A stretch of 64,000 nt of DNA, from positions 2,046,001-2,110,000 of the forward strand of contig BQFW01000014.1 of assembly GCA_020891255.1 (NCBI GenBank). The letters run 5' to 3'. Positions 10,534 to 21,700 of the stretch are shown here, one piece after another. The notes under the pieces are model-generated. The model had not been told where the DNA came from. It did no database searches and was given only the letters and a program-made list of their open reading frames with translations. Numbering within the stretch: the stretch's first letter is position 1; each line of letters begins with the position of its first letter. This DNA comes from Entomortierella parvispora E1425 (taxonomy: Eukaryota > Fungi > Mortierellomycota). The position numbers were made by a program, and so were the translations under genes.

Positions 10534-12738
10534 TTACAACACGCGCACCCAAACACCTTCGCTTGGAACACCGTTCTCTACGACAGACATCTGATACCAT
10601 CCAGGGGGAGTCAAGGCGCCGTCTCGTGGCCCCTTCACCTTGAGACGATTCAAAGCCTGATCAGATTGTCCGGCAACGTAGCCCACTATTTCAAGCCCGA
10701 CCAGCCGTTGGCTCATATGGGTAGAATGTGTCACGAATCCTCCGTTTAGAAGGTTCACCTGAATCCTTCCATTGGATCCGCCTTTGGGTGTGATCACTTG
10801 AGACTCAGTCCAAGCACCCCCATAAAACTGGACTTCTATCTCAAACACAGTGTCGTACGATATCACATTCTCGAAGGTTGTACCATCTCCTTGGCCCCTT
10901 TCAGGGCTTTGGTTCGCAGCCTGGAGTTGTGACACGGACATGGCTGCATTCGGCTGCACGCTTGCTCGACTTAAAGTTGCCTCAGCCTTGAGCAATGGTC
11001 TAGGGGTACTCGAGAACATATATCCTGGGGAAAACATTTCCACCCTGTACTCTACTGAAAACTCGCCCCAGTCGAGGGTATTTGCATTTGGGTTCGAGCC
11101 TGCAACCATGATGCGACCGTCCAGGACCTGCATGGCGATAGAGTGGTATAATCGGGGGATATAGCTTGGGTTCTGGACTGCAAATCTGGAGCTCGATCCT
11201 GCTTCGTCCCAGGGTTGGTATCGAACTGGACTCAAAACTGGGTCTTTGGCACGACCGTATCCAGCTGTGCCTCTATTGGCACCATTGAGGATAAGGACGG
11301 TTCCATCCTGAAGGAGAGTCATATCGGGCATCATGCGGCCAAGAGGCATTGGTTCCATCACCCATTCCGGATTTTTCGCCAAAGGCTTAATGCGACCACA
11401 ATGATCCTGTCCTTTTGCCTGGGAGCTAAAATCTGTAGCCCCTCCGCAGATTAGGATCTCAGGTTCATATCCAGTCTCAGGTCGAAGTGGGAGAAGAACA
11501 CTGCCTCCAGAAAGAGGGTAGTTTCGAGGTGGGCCTGGCAGTTCTGGATAGTTTTTGAGAACAGACCAAGTCTTTGTGGAGAATAAAATAGCCTTCTTGT
11601 TGGCAAAGAGGAACAAATTTCCGTCGGGCAAGAGATGGGCCATTGGATAGAGGTTATAGGGCAAGGTTTCTTCCAAGAAGGGGAAGCGCGTTGGATTCGA
11701 GAGCAATGGAGGGTACAGCTCCCAAGTGGGAACTGCAATCTCTGCTGAGTTCATCGATGCTCCTCTAGCTGCACCGCCAAAAATAAACAGGCGGCCATCC
11801 GCCAAAGCTTCTACTGTAGGGTACCAGCGACCATCCTTCAAAGTAAGGTCTTTTCTTGTGTCCCAATCGCACTGTGACTCTGTACCGTTCGTGCAGGCAG
11901 ACAAAAAGCGTAGAGAGTTCCAGCCCTCAACAACATCACTTTGTGCTTCTGCTCCACCCAAGGATACGATGGTCTGTGAGGTTGATATGTGTTAACGATC
12001 AAAAAATGTCAGCATTCTGAACATCAAGGCCGACGAAAAAAAAGAGTAGAAACTCCTGACATGGCTTACTCCGTCTGGGCGGTAACCTCCTGCCGAGCAA
12101 AACATATTAGACTGGGTGTGCAAAGATCGGAAGGTTGCGGCTTCAATGTCGTATTCTACCGACCAAGAGAATTTTGAGGGATCCTCTTTCAAGTGGGCGT
12201 GTGAATTCTTTTCGACCTTTTCCAGAAACACAATCTTGTTTGTGTTTGGTATCAGCGTCGCGTGCATCGCACTAACACCCGATACTCCGACAAGGTCCCA
12301 CTGTCCGAGACTTTGGCTTGTGCCTTGGATGGACACAGCAGGGTCCTTTATACTGGCTTTAGATGCAGTTTTTTTTTTGGCTGCCAAGGAGTAAATGCCG
12401 TCCTTTAAGGAAGGCTCCAAATCGCCATCACTACTGATCTTCTTCACCTTTGTCGCGACGCCACCCTGTCCCTTGCCACGATCGGCATTCCTGATAAACA
12501 GGCTGAATGGGAGTGAGTCCAAGAACGACGCCGCTTCTGCTACGTGCACCAAGGAGCCGAACGATCTGCAATTGGAAATGCAAGGGGCTGAAGTGTGCGA
12601 CCCAGTAAGATCAACCCCTGCAAGAGGGTCAGGGGTAAGGACAAGAATGAGTCCTAAGAGGAATCTTGCACGGGCTTTTCCGAAAGACAAGATTGCATGA
12701 CGGTCCAGTGAATAATGACTGTCGCTGTTGTGGAGCAT
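10534..12738 (-). CDS. Copper radical oxidase, AA5_1 glyoxal-oxidase-like, 2 exons
   Basis: All canonical ligand motifs are present: SNMFCSAGG (Cys), GRWYPT (cross-linked Tyr), RLYHS (Tyr/His), GFVTHS (His). Intron 11974-12069 (GTAAGC...CACAG) joins RPDG|TIVSLGG in frame. Confidence 0.93.
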
Positions 12739-13011
12739 GTTGCTAGCGAGTATATTCCTTCGCTCTCTGTGGTATAATATGTGCAGTAGCAGGTTGGCGG
12801 ATGAGCAGAAAAGAAGGAAGAGGCGGTAGTGCATTGTCTCTTAGATTGGTCACGATGAGGACAAACCGAGACTTTTTTTTTACACTATCCCAGAATTCCA
12901 AATTCTGGATCCTATTGTTGACAGATCTACCTACCTTTTTTTCTTCGTGCACAGAAGCAAGTGCGTCTTGGAAAGAGACGTTTATTACAAAGGCGCCATC
13001 TATCAAACGAT

Positions 13012-14199
13012 CTATCGCATATTGCCGGAAATGGCCCTCTGCTTCCGCCGCTGTCGCTTTTGAAGCTTCCTTTTTATGATCTTAAATTCTTTTCGAGGTA
13101 TCAGTTTCCTGTTCACTCCTTTTGTCGTCGTCAGTGAAGGAAATGGCAATGGCGTTTTAGGTGGAGAGACAACGCACCAACGTTCGTCCAGCTGAAGATG
13201 ATCCCCCTTTTCTTTACCTGTAAGCGCATCCGTCCCATCCACAGCACTACAGGAGCCTGTACCTACTTCCAGCGGCATCGTGATGGTCGGAGGGTGAGGG
13301 GCGCCAGGCTCCTGCTGTGACATTATGGTTCGCATTCCTGATTTTGAATGCCGGGCAAAATATCTTTGAACTAGGATGTTGGATATTGGTGCTTGAATTG
13401 ACGTTGACTGTGATGACGGCGCATTTAAAAAACCCGTAGAACAGGCTGGGGTACAACGACCTGGAGAGAAAAACAGCGGAGGATCCAGTGATGAGGGATG
13501 TGCCCAATATATAAGGTCAGGAGAGAGCAGCAGGTGGGAGGATGCTGGTGATGACCGTTGTTGTGATGGGTAAAATCGCAGCCCCAGGGATGAAGTGTGT
13601 CCCTGGTCTGTGCTTTCAAGGACATTCTTTCTCCCTCGATTTCCTTCAGGAACACCTTCCGTCAAAGTGTGGAAAGTTGGCGACCCGTGCAGCCGAAGGG
13701 GTTTATTCAATTCATTCGTCCCAGGTCTTGTATTCTGAGATGGCTTTAGTGTTGACGAGGTTGCCATATTTGAATCGCACCGAACGCGGAAACGGCCGTT
13801 TGTCTTGTTTGCCGATAAAGAGGTCATTGGCAGTATTCCCATCTCATGTGGCTGTAGCCGTGCGACGGACGAAAGTTCCCGTCCGCGAGGGGGCTCTGAT
13901 AAGCCTATGACGGAACCAAGAGGCGGTGAAGTCATACCTGGAGGAAGAGGTTCTGTCTCGAAAGCGGGTTGCTGTGTCCGGATTGCTCCATTAGTTTGCA
14001 GGGGTTTTCTCCAGAGTGTTTGCATAAAGGGCCTGCCAAAACCAGCAGTCAGTCCAATGGGAAGCGTTTGCATGCCAGGAGGCAAGGGTTCATGGATCAT
14101 TCGCCTCTCCAGCTCAGGTTGAAGTCCAGGTCCGGATTCTGCATTATACCCACGGTGTCTGAGAGGAGCCGTGACCGGGGTCCTAGGTCGCCAGTCCAT
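13012..14199 (-). CDS. Hypothetical Pro/Ser-rich protein
   Basis: 395-codon ATG-initiated ORF with no recognisable domain. An E-box lies 83 bp upstream. The 3' structure is uncertain. Confidence 0.45.
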   Translation of the reverse strand: MDWRPRTPVTAPLRHRGYNAESGPGLQPELERRMIHEPLPPGMQTLPIGLTAGFGRPFMQTLWRKPLQTNGAIRTQQPAFETEPLPPGMTSPPLGSVIGLSEPPRGRELSSVARLQPHEMGILPMTSLSANKTNGRFRVRCDSNMATSSTLKPSQNTRPGTNELNKPLRLHGSPTFHTLTEGVPEGNRGRKNVLESTDQGHTSSLGLRFYPSQQRSSPASSHLLLSPDLIYWAHPSSLDPPLFFSPGRCTPACSTGFLNAPSSQSTSIQAPISNILVQRYFARHSKSGMRTIMSQQEPGAPHPPTITMPLEVGTGSCSAVDGTDALTGKEKGDHLQLDERWCVVSPPKTPLPFPSLTTTKGVNRKLIPRKEFKIIKRKLQKRQRRKQRAISGNMR

Positions 14200-14281
14200 G
14201 CATGCGGAAGAGAGTCCTGATGAGTGGTGAGAGGAGAGAACAGCAAGATAAGTTGGGGCGCCATGAAGAGACAGGTTCAGT

Positions 14282-14287
14282 CACGTG
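14282..14287. promoter_or_regulatory. E-box (GTCACGTGA)
   Basis: 83 bp upstream of the ATG at 14199. Confidence 0.4.
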
Positions 14288-14622
14288 ATTGTTCAGGGTG
14301 TTTCAGGTGCAGGGGGGCGACACGCACTCCTCAATGTGATATTGTCTCTCTTGAAACTACTCGCCTGGTGCCCCGATCATGCAAAACATGTCACTTTGGC
14401 ATACTGCCTGGAGGTGCCAAGTGGTGAGGTCACCACTAGATGCACACCACTAATTTCCATGGCACTGGACTGGGCCAGGCTATATAGAAAAAGCAAATAC
14501 GTTGTGAAGCAGAAGGTGCAGACGGCAGGACCTCGTGTAAGATTCACATGATGTCAAGACAACCTGAGGTATATATTCTTCACCTAAGACTGCATATTGC
14601 TTCACTTTTAGTATTGGGGGTA

Positions 14623-14653
14623 GAGGAGGAGGAGGAGGAGGAGGAGGAGGAGG
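14623..14653 (+). repeat. (GGA)n microsatellite
   Basis: About 10 GGA units just past the oligopeptidase stop codon. Confidence 0.9.
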
Positions 14654-14658
14654 GCAAA

Positions 14659-17600
14659 TTAAAAAAAGTTGGCGATCCATTCAGTCAGCTTGCTCTGGCT
14701 ACGTGGTCCTGAGGACGGTGGAGCCGGCTTTCCTGTTTGTTTTGCTCCCTTGTCCGAAAACTCGAGTAGTGTTGTTGACCGCCTACGGCTATGGTTCGCT
14801 GCTGCACTTGAGCCTTCGAGCTCTCCAGCTTTCAGCTCCTCAAGCCGAGATCGAGGAAGATTCAGTGCTGACGAAGAGCGAGAGGATGACCCGGAGCCAA
14901 GTCTGCCTGATGATGGTGATGTGTTTGCAGCTGTCAAGGTACCACCAGAAGTGACGCCTCCAGTAATACTTCCTCGAGGTCTTAAGCCCATAGCTCCGAT
15001 AGCGGCGGTCGACGGCGATGACGACGGCGATGATGTTGGCCCGACGATACCAGGCGCACGCGATACGCAAATAAATGGTTGTCGATGATCCGATTCGATT
15101 CCCAGACCTCCCTCGACTCCATTGTCTAGCTCATTCAGCAGCTCATTGGCAAATATGCCTTTCTTGCGGCGGATTGTAGCTGGTGTGAGATGTTCTGTGT
15201 GCCCAGTTTGGCTGATATCCTCCTCCTTATCCAATCTAAACACTGGTGCCTGAAGAGTCGAGATCAAAAAGGCATATTCAAACGCCAAATCCTCCAAATA
15301 TGCGTATTGACCTGAACTGCCACCATGCCCTACTTCTTCTATCCTCAACAACAGCATTCGATCCTCGCCAGTTCCTGGTCCTCCTACAACCTCCGCCGAA
15401 GGTGCTTCTAAATCGTTTTGTGAAGAGTCGCTTGGAGGGGCCGTTTGCTTGGGCCAACAGGATCTCAGCTTCGCGACCCATTTTAAGGGCTCAAAAAAGG
15501 CGACTCGAGGATCATTCATTCCCCCAAGAACCAGCATGTTGGGATACTTTTGAAGTCGAACGTTCGAGTACGGGCAGTACTGTTTCATGATCTGGTAAAT
15601 GGCCGGGTCAACAGGGTTCCCCCATTCTTCCCATTCGAATGCAGTCCAGGGAATTGATGAGTCCAACATGGTATTCACGACATCCACAAATGGCACTTCT
15701 GTTAAAACAGTCTTGAATAGATCTGGTCGCATGTTTACCACGGCACCGATCATCAGACCCCCAGCGGAGCGTCCATAAATGGCAAGCTTCTCTGAAGAGG
15801 TGTACCCTTCCTAAACGACGTAAAAAGGACAATATCTTACAATCTGCATTGTAGAAAATCGTGGACGATCATTCATCTCAAGTCATATAGACTAGGCACC
15901 CTACCTTAATGAGATATTCTGCGCAACTGATAAAATCCAAGAAGGTGTTTGGCTTTTTACCAAGCTTACCCTCCTCGTACCATCCCATTCCCATATCGCT
16001 GCCTCCTCGCACATGTGCAATTGCATAGACAAAACCACGATCCAGAAGACTAAGCCGCTGAGTGGAAAAAACTGGGTCAGTGCAGCTTCCATAGGCGCCA
16101 TAGGTGTAAAGGAGACATGGGTTGGCATCCAATCCTCGGCCTCCTTGAGCCATCAGATCCCTGCGGAATACAATTGACATTGGCACAGCTGTTCCATCAA
16201 TGCCGGTGGAGAATAATCGGAGTTGCTCATAGTCGTTGGGGTCGTATTCAGGAGTTCCTGCAATTTTTTCCGTGTGCACAGTAATCGAGTCCCGACTGTC
16301 CATGTTGTAGTCAATCACCTGACGAGGCTGCACCAGGCTCGAGTAGGTGAACCTCAGAACATTGGTGTCGAAAAGCGTCATTTTGCTCAGGTTTGAGACC
16401 TCTTCATTCACGGACTCTGGCAACAGGGAGTACACAGTCTCGGAAAAGGACACGTAATGGTATTTGTCAAAAGGGCCAGGCTCTAGTGCGACAGAGGCAG
16501 GGGGGGCCTCAGGTCGACTCAAGGTATCTTCTGGTGGTGCCAATTCAATCACGCGAACATTCTGGTGGCAATTGGACCTTTCAAACACCACAAGGTGACG
16601 TCTCCTGACTTGAAAATCTTCAATAAGGACAAAGTCTCTGTGTGGGATGACAGTCTCTCTCATTGATACCAGATCTGTCAAAGGCTCTCCCCGCTTTGGG
16701 GCAGGTGTCCGGAAAAGCCAATTGTTTTTTGAATCCTCATTGGTGCGTACGAAAAAGTATTTGCCATCGTGCGATTCAGCCGAATAGGTAATTCCTTCCT
16801 TCCGTGGCATGATCACCCCAAGCTGAACATCATCCTCTGCGTCCGCATGTAAGAACAGAGTCTCACTGGTGACCTGTGCTGCAGAGTTGATCAACAGGAA
16901 TTTGCCATCGCCAGACTTGGTTAATGTCAAGCAGAACATCTCGTCGCTTTCCTCGAACAAGAGCTGGTCCTGTTCCACTGGTGTCCCCAAAGTGTGTCGA
17001 TATAATCTGTAAGCCCTTTCTGTTTCCGGGACCAGGGTAAGATAATATACAAACCGTCCACATGATGAGAACTCAAGATTCTCGTAAATGTGCAAAAGGG
17101 TATCAGGTAGGATCGCACCAGTTTCCACATCCTTGAAGTAGGTCGTGAACTGTTCGTTTCCGGATCCATCCACTCCGAAAGCCAATATCCGGCAGTCTGG
17201 TGAATGGCGCAAAAACCCGACGCGAAAATAGGTCGAATCCTTATACTCAGGGCTTTGGGCAATTTCGTTCTCGTCCAAGTATACTTGCTCAGAGTCATAT
17301 GTTCCCAATTGTGGGTTTAAGATGGCACGGCAGTGAAGACGGTACTCAAGTCCCACTTGAGATTTTGAGTAGTAGCTCCATCCATCCGGAAGCATCACCC
17401 TTGCAGACTCTTCGTCAGCATCAAGTCGTGACACAAACTCGTTATAGAGAAGCTTTTGAAGTGGCGCTGTATGGCTTAGAGCAGCGATTGCATACTGATT
17501 TTCGTCGTCAATGTATTTGAGAACTATCAAGGTATTGGAGTAATTCCATCAGATCAGCACACAGTATAATGATAACACTCAAACTTGTTCTCTTGTGGAT

Positions 17601-18552
17601 ATGTACCTTCTGGGCTCTCTTTATCCTTGAGCCAGGAGTAATTGTCGATGACCTCATCGCCGTGGACATTTGTTTTAACTTCTGGTTTTACAGCGCAGAC
17701 TGGTGGAGTTGGCAGTTCAATATTCCTGCCATGTAATTTGTCGCGAGTCCTAGTTGTGCAAAAAAAAAAAAAAAAAGTAAAGAAAAAGAAACGTAGCGGG
17801 ATCAACCTCAATAACTTGATAGATGAGTACAAGAAAAAAGCGATTTGTAGGGGCAGACGTCTTCAATATGGAGCTTACTCTGCCTCTTCTAAGATCGGTC
17901 GTAGTTTCTCCCAGACACCCAGATATATTTCCGGATAATGAACGAGCAATTGTCGAATACTCTCGGTCATATCCGGCAGCAGCGAGAGAAGGTTGTCCGC
18001 CGACTGCGAAACAAACAAATCCATTTCGTCAAGCGGTGGTAATTTGTTTTGAAAGTTGCGGTTTGTTGGAAGCGAGTAAGTGCTTTCTTTTGGGGACCAG
18101 GAAGGCGACTCTTTGGCAGTGGCGATGAATTCATTGCTCACGGTTTGACTTATTGGACTTCGTATGCTACCTCCTCCTACAGGCGACATAACAGAGGACA
18201 CGCGGGTTAAAGACCGTAACGAAGGCGACCCAGCGATCTTGGCATGAGTTGTCGCACCAGTTATCTCGCTGCTTGTCCGCATCTTTGGTGAGGCTGATGG
18301 GGACCACCCAGTGCTTGCATCGTCACGCTTGGCCATGAATTTCGGCGGTTTTGGGCGATTTTGATATGAGGGACGAGAGGCCAATCTAACAGCCTCGGTG
18401 TGGAAGAAAGAGAGAGCTCTGTGGACTGGCGATAAAGGCTTTTGGATGGAGAACAGAAGACCAGAAGAGAGTCGATGCTGCAGAATAGAGGAGGGGATAC
18501 GCTGAGGGTCACAAAGAGTACAAAGAGGAACGGCTTGGAAACAGAGGCGCAT
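14659..18552 (-). CDS. Oligopeptidase B / protease II (S9A) with N- and C-terminal disordered extensions, multi-exon
   Basis: PPVCAVKPEVKTNVHGDEVIDNYSWLKD N-terminus, beta-propeller region, AIAHVRGGSDMG, GRSAGG nucleophile, GMNDPRV (Asp) and EEVGHGG (His). Introns near 15815-15895, 17530-17605 and 17750-17880. Start is at 18552 or 18336. Confidence 0.9.
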
Positions 18553-18747
18553 GCACAGCAGGAGGTGAAAGGAGGAGGGCAGAGGGAGAAAAGAAGCGAC
18601 AAAAAGAAAAATCGGGAATGCAAGCCCACCAGTGTTGAGACATAGAGTGAGAAAGGAAAAGAGTGGAGAATGAGAAGGAAAAAAAAAAGTGACTGCTCAT
18701 TCTATCTCGCACGGGGCATGTGCGCAACTTTATTGCGACGTTATTGA

Positions 18748-21700
18748 TTAGAGCGGCGTCTCCCCAGGCAGCAGAGCGTCAGACTGTTCAACAATAGCTA
18801 GCTCAGGCCATAGGGCGCCGACAATCTCATCCAGTGCTGTGTAGACCAGCTGCTGATTCAGTCTGCGGTTCTGGAAGGCTGCAAACACTCTTCGGGCACC
18901 TCGGCGAGCATTCTGATGCCCTACCATGTTTCCCAATAGCTCAGGCAAGAACGCCGAAAGTTTGCGGTTGGCCTGATCTTTGGTCAATGCTTTCTGCTCC
19001 GCGGTACGCTGCTGAGCAGGCCTCTTCTGAGTGCCAGGATTAGCTGCGCTGGCTCCTGCGTCATGTATAGAAGACGGGTCTGTGGTTACTGGAGGGGCAG
19101 GCATGTTCTGATCAATCACCTCGTATCCACCAGAAAGGTAGGCGGACCCACTCAAGGTGCCTGAACGACCTGAGCTCGCAGCATCTCCGTGAGATGGCTC
19201 AGGTTGCGGCCAGAGGGCATCCTTGAGTTTGAACACATAATAGGTGAGCATCGTCTCCTCCAGATATCCTTTTATCGTATCCCGGAGTTTGCGTTCAATT
19301 GTACCACCGAGAACTTGCTGTAAAATGATCACCACAGCCTGCCGTCGAAGCCAGTTATTCTTTTCTTTCAGCTCAAACAACTCGATGAACAGATCGCACA
19401 GCGGTTCAGTAAATGTCGTCACACCTTCAGGTTCGACGACAGTGGGGCGAACTGGTTGCTGTTTCGGCATATGTTGTCGCTGTTGCTTTTGCATTTGCGG
19501 CGTTTGATCAGGAGCCTGCTGCAGCCGTGCCTGCTCCTGTTTTTGTAACTGCTGTCGCTGATGGAGTGTATGGGGATCAGGCGAACTTATTCGGCGAGCT
19601 CTAAAATTTGGGTGCCTCTGAAAACTTGGCCGCAGAGTCGACCCAGTTTCATCAGACCACTCATTTAGCGAAGGACCAGGAGAAAGAGGCATTCCAGCCC
19701 TGTCCTGATTGACAAATGAACCCTGCTGAATAACTCCACTCCCCCCTGCGCCATTCTGGTGCCCCTCTAGTCGAGGAGTTGAGACGGAAGTGCCATCATC
19801 ATCCTCGATGCTGAACTGCATCATCTGGTTTCCAAGTTGCTTTGTAATGTTTCCAAGGACAGTTGGGGGACCGCCACTAAACATGTCGTCCAAGCCCTCT
19901 GATACCGTTTGATAGATATGCTTCATAAAACCCTCTCCCGGATCAATTGGGAGGTGTCCTTCAGTAGAGCTGCTTTTGTATAAATGCTGGGTGTCCGCAG
20001 AGGGCAGCGGGGGTATTTGCGACCTTGATGCAGAGTTAGAGCCTCCAGTGTGCACCTCCAAAAGTGTGCGTGGTTGAGATGGTGATGACTGAAACAGCTG
20101 CTCAAAGAAATGCTGATGCTGGATCGGTTGAGGAGATGAAAGGCTGCTACCCTCCTCTCCAGCTGCCTGCTCCTGAACTACTTTCTCACTCTTCTCCTTC
20201 CCGAAACTATCGATGTCGAATAGGCTAGGCAAAAACGTTGAAGAACTTGGAGCGACAGAAAACTGAGGAAGTGCCACGTTCTCTTGAGACAAAAAGGCGC
20301 GCAACTCTTGAGATTGGCAAATCTCAATATGCTGGACCAGTGACTGCAGGTAGCGCTCCAGACCAATTCTTCGACTCTCCACAAATGATTTTTGAAGTTT
20401 TAGAAATCCCCGCTTTCCAGGCAATTCGTAGTGCCGGACAATCGAATGAAACTTCTCTTTCAGCTTTTGATGAAGAGCAAAAAACTCGGAGTATCGTCGC
20501 GCAATTACCCAGCCAGAGGCAAATGATCCGTCCTGAACAAGCTGATGCACTTCAATGACATACAATGCAAACTCTTTCGATCCATCATAACCTACAGTGG
20601 AAGAGGTAATGTTGATCGTTGACCTGCCCTAATAGAGACCAAAGGTAAGAAATAACGCATTAATGTTTGGAAAAACTAAAGAGAAATTCGGCACATGGAA
20701 CACAGGATGATCGCTGTGGCTTACGGGGAGAATCATATTCTCTTCTTCCTGAACCTCATACTGTGTTTTCTGGTATTCCATTCCCAGTATCTCGCGTCGT
20801 AGAGCCGATTTCGATTTTTTAAGGATCCGAAGTTCGTTCTGACGCCCTTGATGCTCGGCTTTTCGGATCAAAGCCTCAACGATCGACTCTTGCTTCTTGA
20901 TCGTCTCAATATCTTGTTCCAGTTCCTTGATCCGAGAAGCCAGCAAGAGATCACCGGGAGCTGCCAAGTGAACATTATCTTGGACTGCGTCGCTTATGGA
21001 TTCAGGTTTCTCGCCTCCTTCGTTGACCCCTCTTTCGACTTTTCCTTGTTCGAAATCGAAGATATCGTTTCTCTTGCTTTTTGGTTTACTTTCTTTAGAA
21101 GGCGCGGACATCTGCGAGCTCACTGGGCCCAAAAAGGGGCCAGGGTGCTTCTCTGACTCTAACGAATCTTGCGATTTAGATTTCCTGGAAACTCTGGGCT
21201 GAGATAAATTTTCTATGCTGCGTTTTCGGATTTTTTCTTTGCTTGATTTGCCCCATTCTAAAAGAGCAACAGAACCAACTTGATCATCCCTTGCAGTTGA
21301 GAACGTTGGGTCCGTAGGATCCATTGAGGGGAGTGTCGATGAGCTGTCCAGTTTATGATCATGCGACTCCATGATAGAAGAAAGAGCTGCTTCGACGGCG
21401 TCAATCACGCGGTCATTGCCAGTTTTTTGACTCTGCATTCCCGACATGATAGCCAAGCTATCGTGGCTGTCCTCCATTAACAGCCCACTATCATCGTCTT
21501 GATCGTCTTGCTCTTGCAGCTCCTCCAGAAGCGAGTCTCTTAGATCCGTGCCTCTGCGTTGACTCAGTGCTGCACCAGTCGTCGAATCTATAGATTCGTC
21601 CCTAGTGTGTCCCAAGGCGGATGAAATCTCACGACGCCGGGGATCAATGTTTGCGTTACCACCTGTGATAGAGGTCTCGGGAGTAGAGACGGAGCTCATC

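Noticed and set aside
14659-17832. Recent bacterial horizontal transfer of oligopeptidase B
   Set aside because: The gene has several spliceosomal introns and host-like low-complexity extensions. Any transfer would be ancient and needs a phylogeny to show.
2727-17832. Peptidase/oxidase gene cluster
   Set aside because: The genes are functionally unrelated housekeeping types interleaved with others, and no biosynthetic core gene is present.
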